From Podarcis vaucheri (Eukaryota), in the NCBI GenBank assembly GCA_965113315.1, contig OZ220364.1: 64,000 nucleotides of DNA; one strand, 5' to 3'. How positions within the stretch are numbered: position 1 is the first letter of the stretch; each line of letters opens with the position of its first letter. Below the pieces are notes generated by a model, which worked only from the letters and a program-made list of their open reading frames with translations, ran no database searches and was not told the DNA's origin. Shown piece by piece: positions 36,980 to 48,979 of the stretch. The position numbers and the translations under genes are program-made.

Positions 36980-37625
36980 AAGGACCTCAAGGACCCACCT
37001 CTCCCTATATAAACCATCCCAGACTCTGCATAAATCTGAGGCCGTTCTTCATGTGGCTCCTCCACATGAGGCCTGGAGGGTGGTAAAACAAGAACAGGGC
37101 TTTTCTGCAGTGGCTCCCCATTTGTGGAATGCTCTCCACTGGGAGGGTCGCTTGGCACCTTCATTATACAGTGGTACCTTGAGTTACAAACGCCTCAGGT
37201 TACAAACGCTTCAGCTTACAAACTCTGCTAACCTGGAAGACTTACCTTGAGTTGAGAACTTTGCCCCAGGATGAGAACTGAAATCATGTGCCGGCGGCAC
37301 AGCAGCAGCAAGAGGCCCCATTAGCAAAAGCACGCCTCTAGTTAAGAACAGTTTCAGGTTAAGAACGGACCTCCCGAACGAATTAAGTTCGTAACTAGAA
37401 GTACCACTGTGTATTTTTAGGCACCACATAAAAATGTTCCTTATTAATCAGGCCTTTGGCTGATTAATATTCTACAGCCTTTTACATGGATTTGTGGGAA
37501 AGGAGGGTTATTGTTTTGCTGTTTTCATTTTAACTATTTACTTGTGTTTGTACCTTGCATTTTATTCGGTGAATTGCCCTGAGATCTTGTGATGATGGGC
37601 AGTATAATTTTTTCAATAACAATAG
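36980..37625 (+). mobile_element. L2-type LINE 3' fragment interrupted by a TcMar MITE
   Basis: Collinear with 57770-58070 (ctcaagg.ccc..ctccc...cagactctgca...tctgaggcc...ttgtggaatgctctcc). Confidence 0.65.
37169..37409. mobile_element. Tc1/mariner (Tigger-like) MITE, inverted relative to 28852 and 50688
   Basis: TIR CAGTGGTAC / GTACCACTG. Internal sequence is the reverse complement of the other two copies. Confidence 0.82.
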
Positions 37626-37920
37626 TAATAATAGTAATGTGTGCAATTAAGTAAATTAATTTGAAATTATCATAGCTAATCTATTAGTATTTAAGTGAAA
37701 CCATGCAAACTATTTCACAAGTTGGTTACATAGAAATAGGGTACTGTTACCTGCTTTGTTTACACAGACATAGAGTTAAGGCATTTGGATTTAACCTTTG
37801 TGGTAAATAGATAAACTTTTAATAAATAACTGAAAAAGCAACAATGTTTAAGATTTGCATGTATATATGAAGGATATATATATTTTTATTCAATATCAGG
37901 TCTTTTAAAAAAGTTTAAAT

Positions 37921-38053
37921 NNNNNNNNNNNNNNNNNNNNNNNNNNNNNNNNNNNNNNNNNNNNNNNNNNNNNNNNNNNNNNNNNNNNNNNNNNNNNNNN
38001 NNNNNNNNNNNNNNNNNNNNNNNNNNNNNNNNNNNNNNNNNNNNNNNNNNNNN
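37921..38053. other. Assembly gap (133 N)
   Basis: Run of N. Confidence 1.
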
Positions 38054-39074
38054 AAGCAGCTGGCGTTGGTGTTAATTTTATTTCTCACCAGCATGGAAGC
38101 AGCTGACAAGACCAGACAAGCTGAACACCATATGCATTGCTAACATGTAATCTCTACCTGCTTTGGTTGCAGTGCTGTTGCACTATTACCTATGAAAATG
38201 ACTTCACATAATCCTTTGGTATTTCAATAAATAGGTATAATCACAGCATTTAAAACTGCCACTATATCTATTAAAAATCATTAAAAACTTTCACACGCAA
38301 TCTTTTCAATTATGCATCCTGTCAATAAACTTTTACGTGCTAATCTTGTCACTTTTTTGGCGAAAGGTTCAGGAATGCTTCTTAAATATTCAAAGGATTT
38401 AACTAAATCTCACCTGCAGACAAGCTTTATGATCCTATAGAAGCTTAAGTACTAAAAAAAATAACCTTCATTATCGAGTTTTAAGACAAAACGGTGTTTT
38501 GGAATTTGCAGGTAATGATAAAATGACATTACAACCATTAATGGAAAGTACCTCTTAAGGATTTGTTTTAAAATACGATGAGGAAGGGGGGGCATTCAGA
38601 GGTTTATTTGCAGTATTTTTATGAAACCTTGGTAATATAAACACAGGTCAATGTTTTCAATATTGTTTTCACTTACACAGTATTTTTTAATAACTGAGAA
38701 AAAACGTTTTAATTCTAAAGTTGATTTTGGATGCCTTGGCTTGGTTCTTCTCAGTGTCTAATTTCCTTTTAAAAAAATTAGTATTAAAATAAAGCAAGCT
38801 GGAACAAAGTGAATCCAAAATGAGCTATGCTACAAATTTAAAGCAAAGCCTACGCATGGAGTCCTAAAACCTCCTCAGTCCCATTTGTTTAAAAAGAACA
38901 TTTCCTCTCCCCCTCCCCAATTACATTGCAATGTGAAACATTAATACTAAAATATTTTTTTAAATTGTTAATGTAGAATAAAATATATGAATTATAATAT
39001 TCTCCTCTCCTTTTCCAACATCTGTTTTTCCTTCTTCTGGAGCTGCAGCCTTGTGGTTCCATAAGATAGGATTA

Positions 39075-39333
39075 CCGTATTTTTCGCTCTATAAGACGCA
39101 CCAGACCATAAGACGCACCTAGTTTTTGGAGGAGGAAAACAAGAAAAAAAATATTCTGAATCCCAGAAGCCAGAACAGCAAGAGGGATTGCTGCGCAGCG
39201 AAAGCAGAGATCCCTCTTGCTGTTCTGGCTTCTGGGATAGCTGCGCAGCCTGCATTCGCTCCATAAGATGCACACACATTTCCCCTTACTTTTTAGGAGG
39301 GAAAAAGTGAGTCTTATAGAGCAAAAAATACGG
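39075..39333. mobile_element. TcMar (Tc2/pogo-like) MITE with CCGTATTTTT TIR and internal 29-bp perfect hairpin
   Basis: ta|CCGTATTTTTCGCTCTATAAGAC...GTCTTATAGAGCAAAAAATACGG|ta. Confidence 0.85.
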
Positions 39334-40190
39334 TAATTGTATCACCTACAAGATACTCTCTCCCAAAGACAGGGAGCGAAGCCTGCCCACAGAGAAGGAA
39401 ACCTGATGCCATCTTTGCCATTGGATATCTAGGTGCCTATGCCCAGCTCAAGCTGATCATGCAGCCTCTCCTAGACCAGGATAGTCCACCTACATTAATC
39501 CATGTGCTGGTAACCTCTAGACTGGGCTATTGTACTGTACACTATGTGGGCCACCTATGAAAATGACATGGCAGACCCTCCAAGTGTTCCTATTCTCCAG
39601 GGATGTTCCAGATTTAGAGAAGCCATCCCAGTTTCTGATTTGATCCCAGAACATCCCTCTTTCCCTTAGGATGTCCCTATTTTTGTTGGAAGGTATGGAG
39701 TTATCCGACCCGAGTCACCTGAAGGCAATCCTGCATAGGGAAGTTTTTTAAAATGTTCAATGTTTTATTACGTTTTTATATATGTTGGAAGTTGCCCAGA
39801 GCAGAGCGCTGGGGCAACCCAGTAAGATGTGTGGGGTATATAAATAGTAAAATTATCATTATGGAATGGGACGTCCCCATTTTCATCGGAGAAATGTTGG
39901 AGGGGATGACATGGATATTATAACTGCTGCTGAATGTGGTAGCTGGGGTATGAAAAGGGGCTCCTGGTCACTCACATATAGCAAAAAAATAAATAAAAGA
40001 GTTTGCTACAATAATGCTACAATAATCTTTATTGTCATTGTCTGATACAGAACAACGAAATTGAAAAAATCTAGATCAGACATTCAAAAACAAACAAGCC
40101 TGCTATCCCAGCTATCCCAGCCTGGTTAGCCCCCTAAAAACTCTGATACCCCATAATTAAATACAATATACTACCATAGAGACTACCTTA

Positions 40191-40541
40191 AAGGTAAAGG
40201 GACCCCTGACCGTTAGGTCCTGTCGTGACCTACTCTGAGGTTGCGGCGCTTGTCTCGCTTTATTGGCCGAGGGAGCAGGTGTACAGCTTCCGGGTCATGT
40301 GGCCAGCATGACTAAGCCACTTCTGGCGAACCAGAGCAGCGCACGGAAACACCGTTTACCTTCCTGCTGGAGCGGTACCTATTTATCTACTTGCACTTTG
40401 ACGTGCTTTCGAACTGCTAGGTTGGCAGGAGCAGGGACCGAGCAACGGGAGCTCACCGCGTCACAGGGATTCTAACCACCGACCTTCTGATCGGCAAGTC
40501 CTAGGCTCTGTGGTTTAACCCACAGCGCCACCCACATCCCC
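40191..40541 (-). mobile_element. Sauria SINE, full length
   Basis: 13-bp TSD agagactacctta (40178-40190, 40542-40554). ACCTTT tail and tRNA-like head on the minus strand. Confidence 0.92.
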
Positions 40542-40789
40542 AGAGACTACCTTACACTATGTTTAAAACCAAAATCGCATTTGGATAGAAACTGTTTCTC
40601 AGGCGGCTAGTCCTAGTCTTTATAACCCTGTACCTTCTTCCAGAAGGCAGAAGCTGAAAGAGATCATTTCCGGGGTGCCCACTATCCTACACTATCTCTG
40701 CAGCTTTCTTATGACACCTGGAAGCGTAGATTTGATTTGCACTGACAGCCAGTGGTATTCTGGGCCTGATTCATGTGATGATAAAATAA

Positions 40790-41235
40790 AGCCTTTAATG
40801 ATTTGGGCCTCAAGTATCTTAAAGAATACCTGTTCCCATATCAGCCTTCCTGGCTGTTAAGACCTGTAAAGGAAGCCCCTCAGAGTGTAAAGGTAGTCCC
40901 CTCAGAGAGCAAGATCTACACTGCAGGGACGTGGAGAAGAGCTTATCTGGAGCTGCTTCACAGTTTTGGAGTAGCCTCCCTTACTTATACAGTATTTTAA
41001 TTCATTCAACAGGTAAACACGCACCTCTTTGCCCTGGCTTGTGTGAAAGGAATGAAATACATGGTATCATTTTATATCCACTTCTACTGCCTGTTTTATA
41101 TGTGATTGTTCTTAATGTAATGATGCTGCTTGGTTTTTATCAAATGTTTAATGTTAATTGGGATTTAAATACCTGTTGTTTGCTGCCCTGCAACCCCTGG
41201 GTGAAAGGGTGGACTACAAATACATTCAATAAAAT
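40790..41235 (+). mobile_element. Degenerate L2-type 3' fragment
   Basis: aaagcctttaatgatttgggcctcaagtatcttaaagaa echoes the KALNGLGP.YLK motif seen at 51297. Ends approximate. Confidence 0.45.
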
Positions 41236-41914
41236 AATTTTCTCAACTGTTTGTAATTTGAATGAATGCTTAACTAGCTTCGTTAAGCAGATTTTATTCT
41301 CTACAGGAGAAAGGCTATATAGCTCTGTTTTAGGATCTGGGATAAGTCTGTCAAGTATTTAGTGCATAAAATCTTATTTCAGTTCAGGAGTTTATAATAG
41401 ATAATATTTTTGTAGGTCTCTGCTTTTACATAGGTGTGCTTTGGACACAAAGTTATTTTTTTAGAAAATAAATGTGAGGAATTAATATGTATCTAGGTTT
41501 CGCCTCCTAAAAGTAATATGAAAAAAATGTAACGGACTGATAGACAGGCAGAACAGGAAACGTTTTTTTTGCAAGCCATCACTGATCTACAGCCAGAAAC
41601 ATACAGACTTGTGTGCGGTCATCACATGTCAAGCAGACAGGAAAGTATTTAAAATACTACATTAACAGATTTTACGGTAACAATTTAAGGACGTGATCCA
41701 ATAACAGAAACTCTCAGCTACTCCCCCTGTCCTCGATCATTTTTCAGGATTAAAGACCTTGGCTTTAATTAACAAAATGTTTCCATTGCATACATAATTT
41801 GGTGCAACAATGTGACTTCTTAAGTCTAATGCATCTTATGAAAAAGGGGGGGGAGCTCTTAAAACACATTTAGCAGAGGAAACAAATGCATTTACAAAGA
41901 CACTTTGTATTAAT

Positions 41915-42401
41915 GGTGGGGAACCTTAGGTCATGGGGTGAAATGCAGACCTCCAGGTCCCTCTATCTGACCCTCAGATCTCTCCCTAGGCCACATCCCT
42001 CACTAGGCCTGCTTCTCACCCTCCATGTTTCTGCCAGCTTGGAATGTCTCCTCGAACTGTAATCATGTCTTTTGCTTTTCTTGATGGATGCTAGGCAGGG
42101 TTGTGGGAGCCTGTATAGCAGGCATAGGCAAACTCGGCCCTCCAGATGTTTTGGGACTACAATTCCCATCATCCTTGACCACTGGTCCTGTTAGCTAGGG
42201 ATCATGAGAGTTGTAGTTCCAAAAAATCTGGTGGGCCAAGTTTGCCTATGCCTGGTGCATAGAAACTAGCCTCCCGTACAAAGGCAAATTTTATATTCAT
42301 TGCTCTGCCCACTTTTCTCTCTGGCCCTGGCCACATGTGGCCCTTGGAAGGTTGCCCAGAAGGGAATGTGGCTCTTGGTTTCAAAAGGTTCCTCACCCCT
42401 G
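41915..42401. mobile_element. Old hAT-like element hosting a nested MITE
   Basis: Ends ggtggggaacctt / aaggttcctcacccctg, related to 31563-31930. Confidence 0.5.
42119..42254. mobile_element. Palindromic ~136-bp hAT MITE (nested)
   Basis: TIR CAGGCATAGGCAAACT / AGTTTGCCTATGCCTG. Degenerate 8-bp TSD ctgtatag/gtgcatag. Confidence 0.85.
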
Positions 42402-44286
42402 CTTTAAATGCTAGTGGCATGACAAAATGCTAGTGGCAAAAATATGCATTTAAAATTATCATTTTCATTCAACATTTGTTTGGCTCCCAAGTGCGTGCTA
42501 GGTATTGCGATGGGAAGGGATTCAGAAATAGCAGAGGTCTTGTTCGCTTGGCCTAATATGAAGGCAAGTGCTTGAAAAGGGAAATGGAACAAGGAGATAG
42601 CTAAGAAGCCCCAATGAAACCACTGCAAACTAGCAGCATAGGTGGCAGAGCAGGTGTTCATACCAGTTCAATAAAGGTTCTATGGAACAAAACAAATTTA
42701 GAGAAAGGGCTTGAAGGAATAAAGTCAGTTAATAACTTAGAGGGGAAAAGAGTGGGAGATGAGCACAGAGATGAAGTGGAAAGTAGGGCAAGAGACGCAA
42801 AGCAGTAGGTTTGCATTTACAAAGCACAGAATGTGGTCTTGCGAAAAGGAGGAGGAGAGAAAAGAACCATGAGCCTGAAGACAAGATGCTAGATTTAGCT
42901 TCTATGAGACATAAAATACTTTACTGAAATTTACTGAAATCAGATTTATCAGGAGACTTGAATACAGGTAAGAAGAGTATATTTTTACATTTGATATTTA
43001 GGTTTCGTCCATGTGCTACGTGTAGTATTTCTAATGCCACAAAATTACTCGTTATGTTGCTATGAGAGTAATTTCCCTTAATTCTTTATTTCCTTCTACA
43101 ATTACACATCTGCCTACATATCCTAACATAACAGCAGGCTTTAATGGGTACCTTTGCTTGCTTGCTTCCCTGACGTTTTCCACAATTTCCCTTCTTCCTA
43201 CGTGCCAAGGTTTGATTAAGAAATTCTCAAAATCATGTGAATGGTCTAACTTCTTCATCAGTGCAACGTTTACCACCTCACCTAAGTGCATATGTGGGTT
43301 TTCCAAATAGGGGGTCACAAATAAGGACCACAAAGTCAGAGATTTTTGTTTTAACTATCTCTGACGGTTAGGTCTCAGTTGCTTAGTTATTTAAATATGG
43401 TCATTCAGAATGCTGCAGCTTCATTTGGAGTTAATTATGAATAACATATTATGCTTTGGTACAAAGTATCTATACAATTTTTTCTAGTGATTAAGTCTAA
43501 AGCTGTAGGGCTCATTGGATTGGATGTCAATCCGATCCCATACTCCTTTCTATTTTCTAAGCATTTAGAGTGACAACAATGGTAGAAATCCAGAGGTTCT
43601 GGGAACAACAGACAGCTAGGTTTTGCATTCATGCACTATGACTATTAAGAACATTCTCCCCATATTTTGTTGGAAGCCACCCTGAGTGGCTGGGGAAATG
43701 CAGCAAGGTGGGCAGAGCATAAATTATAATTATGATTATGATCATTAGGTGGAGTGAAACAACCTCCTCAGATGTTGGGGATGGTGGCATTTGTCTCCTG
43801 GCTATTCCTCCACAGACCTTCAGTTACCCCCTTTCTATGGGTAGACAGTGTTGTTACATGTGCTGTTTTAACCCATCTAAGCAAACTTGTTGCTTCAGAT
43901 GCAGTGGGGGATGCCATCCCATCGTCACTTTCCGAACAAGTTAGCTTCTGCACATGGGATGGGAAGTTGCCATCTTGTCCTTTGCTTCAGGCAGCAAAAT
44001 GTTTTGGACTGGACTGGCTTGTTCCTAAGCGCATGGCTGGCATGGTGGAGCAGCAGCACTTACCCGACCTCCCGACTGAACACTGAGTAACTGGTTCTTA
44101 CTGGGAGGGGCAGGGCAGCAGGGACATCTGCTACTTCCTAAATGGCGCTTCCATTTTCCCTCTCTTAAACTGTCACTATAGTTATAAGTGATACTCAACT
44201 TTTGTGTATAAGTGTGCCTGTTTTTGTAACTGAATCCAGTCCTTAATTCTACTGCAGTGGGATTTGTTAATGTTGCATTTAAAGTG

Positions 44287-44782
44287 CCGTATTTTTCGTC
44301 CCATAGGATGCACCGGCCCATAGGACGCACCTAGTTTTTTGGGGGGGAAATAAAGGAATTCCCCCCCTTTATTTCCCCCAAAAAACCAGGTTGGGGAATC
44401 CAAACCAGGTCGGGGAACAGCAGGATGGCAGCGCTCCGCCTCCCTGCTGTCCCCCGAGCTTGTGGGGCTGGCGCTGGGGAGAAGTGCGCTCCCTAGGCTG
44501 CGGATGTCTGCCCGAAGCGCGGGGCGCAGTGCTTCGGGGCACCCCGCGCTCCATGCAGCAGGCTGCTATCCGCAGCCTAGGGAGCCCTGCGGGAACTCCC
44601 GCAGGCTCCCCAGGCTTGCTGATAGCTTCCTGAAGCCTGGAGAGCAAGAGGGGTCGGTCCGCACCAACCCTTCTCGCTCTCCAAGCTTCAGCGAAAGCCT
44701 GCATTCGCCCCATAGGACGCACACAGATTTCCACTTCATTTTTGGAGGGGAAAAAGTGCGTCCTATAGGGCAAAAAATACGG
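44287..44782. mobile_element. TcMar (Tc2/pogo-like) non-autonomous element, 496 bp, GC/CpG-rich interior
   Basis: TIR CCGTATTTTTCGTCCCATAGGA / TCCTATAGGGCAAAAAATACGG, same end family as 39075. Confidence 0.82.
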
Positions 44783-46760
44783 TACTCCATTGCCAGTTTC
44801 TTATTTTATTGCATTTAACATTCAATATTGTTTCTGGATAAAAATCAGTGGTGACAGTTGCATCCACTTTTGGAGAAGTACTAGCACTGTGATCGTGAAC
44901 ACTACTACTTGGTAGTAAGCCCCACTGAATTCAATTAAGCTGACTTCCAAATAAGAATACTTAAGATTACAGCCTCTGAGACATCACTAAGCAGAATACT
45001 CCAGGGAAAGAGCTCTGTGTTCATTACTCAACATGTATACATTTTGCCCACAGAAAATGAAACATTTGCCACATAATTGTGGATCCAAAAAATGAGCACA
45101 AAGTAGATAAGGCGATTTATAAGACCATATTTTATGGGTCCAGCTTCTGCAAAAATTTGTACACTTTCACTAACATCTAATCCAAAGAAAGGTATCAACT
45201 TACCCACTTTGTCTTACTGAAATGGCCAGGCCAAATAAGGAATTCATTCCAGAAGCTTCACTCTTGAATAAGAACAAGCCAGCTAAACCAGAGCAATTAC
45301 TGTATAAATGCAGTAAGTGAAGGTAGTGTCAACACAGGCATATGAGGTGTGACTCAAGAAGAATGTTCATTTTTTTGGGATAAACCACTCCTAAGAACAA
45401 GAGCCCTGTTCAGTAGTTCCAAAGGCCCCCTCCCTTATTTCAATTTCTGCAAATCAACCAAACAACATCAAGCATACAGCTGAGAGATCAAAGATCAGTG
45501 TAAACAAAGCCAAGGCAAGTTGGATCTTTATCTAGAGGAATCCACTTGCAGTGAGTTGGCCTACCTATTTTTACTTATTTTAAGACAAATTTCCAAAGGA
45601 ATCTCACGAGACAGGAAATTAATAAGACATACCACACTCAGTCTGCTCTGTTGGGGTTAAATGTATATTTATTTTACCCTCCTCCAAGATATTCACAGCT
45701 CTAAAGTGTAAATTGAACAAGGAACTAATAAAAATCTAAATAGTGTTTCTAACATCTGACAGAGATACGACATAATTGAACGCCGATGTGCTTGTTGTCT
45801 CCACACATATTTCCATGACGATAACTTTCCAGCATGTGTTGGGGGGCAGGGCGGGCTGAGAACTATAGTAAAAAGCAGCCATTGACTACAGCGAGACTAA
45901 TAAACAGACTTTACTGGAAAGCAGCTACTGCATATTGCATGAACATGAATAATCATTTACATTCCACTGATAATAAACTGGCAATAGTAGTAACGCAGGT
46001 GGAACAGCACATTTCAACCAATGATCAGCCCTCAAATAGCAGCATTATTCCATTCCTCCTATGTTACATTTGCATCCTGCCCCTTCTCTAAGAAGTTCAA
46101 AGCATTAAACAAAAGAGTTATCCCTTTTTTCCTGATAGGCTGTAGAAGCTGATAGAATCCACCTGATTCAAACAGAAATCGAACATCTTTTTTCCTCTCT
46201 CACTCCCCAGCTTGCTGGTTTGCTTCTGGTCCACACTACTGCAACCTTTCTAACTAACCACGAGCTGGAGAAGGGGCTCCACCCGTTTGCTGCCTCATAC
46301 AGAACCCCTTTCCTTTATTTCTCCTAAAGGTCCATCACCCAGGCAATGATCTCATCAGGAAGCTAGCCTGGCTTAGACTGGGGACACGTGGCTCCAAACG
46401 AGGCTAGATTTGGGTGATCTCTCAGCCTAGCAGTGGATGCATTTTGGCTGCTTATTCTATAAACTAGCTTTACCTGTATACTTGCAACATGGAAGAGCTG
46501 CGAGACCCCGTTCATGTATATTTACTAAATTATATGCCGCACAAAAGAAATAAGCTAACGAAGATGTCAAACATTATTCTATTCTTAAAAGCAGAAATGC
46601 AATTTCCATGACTATAAAGATGGAAATAATTGAGAGAGCTATGGAATGTTGGAAGAGGAAGTAGGAAACCTGCAAACAATTAGTTTCTAAAGTACATTAT
46701 TGGTTAAGTTCTGCTGGGGAAGGTGTGATACTTTTGTTACACACACAAAGAAATGGTAAG

Positions 46761-46820
46761 GGAAGGAAGGAAGGAAGGAAGGAAGGAAGGAAGGAAGGAA
46801 GGAAGGAAGGAAGGAAGGAA
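46761..46820. repeat. (GGAA)n tetranucleotide microsatellite
   Basis: About 15 direct units. Confidence 0.95.
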
Positions 46821-47389
46821 GCTTACCATAGCTTTGTATATAGCCTGACCCTGAACCACAGAAATTATGACTCTATTATTACTGACCCTGAATTGAAGGT
46901 TCTATCTGTTGTTCAGGATCACATGCAGTACTTCCTCTTAGTATGTTTTCATGGCTCTCTTTCCATTTGTGTAATCTGCACACAAGACAAGATTCTTGGA
47001 GATGTGAGATCTGCCAGATATGTGCTCATGCTCTGGGCTTCCTGGTCCAGAGTTGAACTGCCAGAGTAGAACCAGCTTGTTTGATGGTGGAGATTGTCAT
47101 TCCTTCATTGAGGAAGATTGTGCCCAGCCTTTCCTGCATGAGACCAATCATCTGACTAGTACCACTTCATACGCATGAAGGATAAGGCTAATGGCTGCTA
47201 GTCATGAGATCCCAGATCAGAGACACCATGCTTCTGAATTCTAGTGGGAACAGCAGTAGGAAAGTTCTATTGCATCTGGTTGGTCACTGTGGGTAATAGG
47301 ATGCTGATGCTTTTACTTTGATCCAGCAGGGCTTTTCTTATGCTCTGAATCGAACTTCTAAAATTGAAAGCATCTTGGCAGACATAGTG

Positions 47390-47715
47390 GTTGAATGGCA
47401 CTGGAAGAAAGGCAGGGAAAGCAGAACCTTATTAATCCAGTTATTGAACCTCCAAGCAGCATCCAGGACTATCAATCATGGTATTCCTCTAGGTTACCTT
47501 CCTGTAAGTGAAAGAGGGGTGGAGGCACTGTGTATCAATAGCTCCAGCGATTCCTGGAAGATAAAGCCCAGGTGGTGGTCCTGGAAAGGGTAATTTGGTG
47601 CCACAGTGGTCCATCTTATCTCCTGTGTTATTGAACATTTACATGAAGCTGCTAGACAAAGCCATGCAGAGCTTTATAGCAAGGTATCAAGAGAATGCTG
47701 ATTATATGCAGCTCT
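47390..47715 (+). mobile_element. Highly degenerate L2/CR1-group reverse-transcriptase fragment
   Basis: ORF 47595 VPQWSILSPVLLNIYMKLL...YQENADYMQL resembles the GVPQGSILSP.LFNIYM and YADDTQL RT motifs. Confidence 0.6.
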
Positions 47716-48810
47716 CTCTGTGTGTCTGTCTGTCCTCAGTTATTATTTACAGTGACGTCTGGTTACTAACAGATTCTACGCCTTCTCTTTTTAGACAACG
47801 AATGAGAGGCAGGTATATAGTAATTATAGGAAGAATACCTGGCTACTGATTGCACTCAAAGCAAGGAAAGGAAAGACATGAAAAGAATGCCAGGAGGATA
47901 CTTGCCTTAGGGAGGGAGCTCCCCTCAAGCCAGTTGACATTTTTACAAGGTTGTTAAAGCTGCTCTGGGGCAGACTGTGTCAAGAGAAAAGGAGGGAGTC
48001 AAAACGCTCTTGTTCTGGGGACCTGGCTTCTGTTGCCAGACTTCAGATGAGGGAGAGCAGGAACATAACATAGAAATGAACTGCTGTGAGGAAGCTGGCC
48101 AAAAGAGGCCCATACCGATAACATCATAGCGTATCTGGGAATACTCATCCTCTCCTCACACCCCAATCCTAACCACCTTTATCTGGAAGTAAGTCTCATG
48201 GCTATCCGTGGAGCTTACTACCAAGTAAATGTACTTATGACTGCAGCCAACAGAGTGCGGGGCGGGGGGGGGAGACCCTACAGTTCTAAAAGGTTGGCAT
48301 TTTTATGGCTGTTGCAATGATGTCCAAAATAAATGCTTTCCAAGCATAGCTAGACACCCACAAAACATGCAATATGATTGTTGTGCCAAAGTTATGAATG
48401 TGGCCATAAGTGTTGTGAAGATAGGGAATAGATGCATTCCACAGCTTTCAGGTTGAGTGGAGGCCAGCCAAGGTACTATTTTCCTAACGTTTCAGAACCA
48501 AAATGGGGGGAAATGGGACATCCGAATGCAGCCCAGCTCACTTTGATCTTAGAATTGAATCTGATTAAGTATTTAAATTATATTCAAGTGTATATTCAAG
48601 CAAACAAGGTTCAGATTCACTTTTGAATATGGCCTTCTTCTCCCCTCTGCCTAGTGAAACAGACCATTCTGCAACCACATATATTAACTCGGCGATAAGA
48701 AAATTATCGAAGCAATCTGACCAAATTGGACAGCAGGTTCTGTCCACATCTAGCAATAATGCAAATGAAGGATGTGAAGGGTAATACCTTTCTAAGAATG
48801 ATTCAATATA

Positions 48811-48979
48811 CCGTCGTATTTTTCCATCTATAAGACGCCCCCATGTATAAGACGCCCCCTGTTTGGGGGGGACTCAGATTTAAGAAAATGGGGGGAGATG
48901 ACCCTGTGTATAAGACGCCCCCTAATTTTTGACATTATTTTTAAGGGGGGGACCTAGTCTTATACACGGAAAAATACGG
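48811..48979. mobile_element. Short TcMar (Tc2/pogo-like) MITE
   Basis: ta|CCGT(CGT)ATTTTTCC...GGAAAAATACGG|ta with three internal tataagacgccccc repeats. Confidence 0.75.

Noticed and set aside
44390-44720. CpG-island promoter and GC-rich overlapping ORFs
   Set aside because: Entirely within a TIR-bounded transposon. The ORFs reflect high GC content.
45204-45216. 13-nt or 9-nt unit ahead of a perfect GTAAGT
   Set aside because: The first AG gives an immediate TAA and the 9-nt version needs a second, weaker AG. No UGC or extended tract, so it is consistent with chance.
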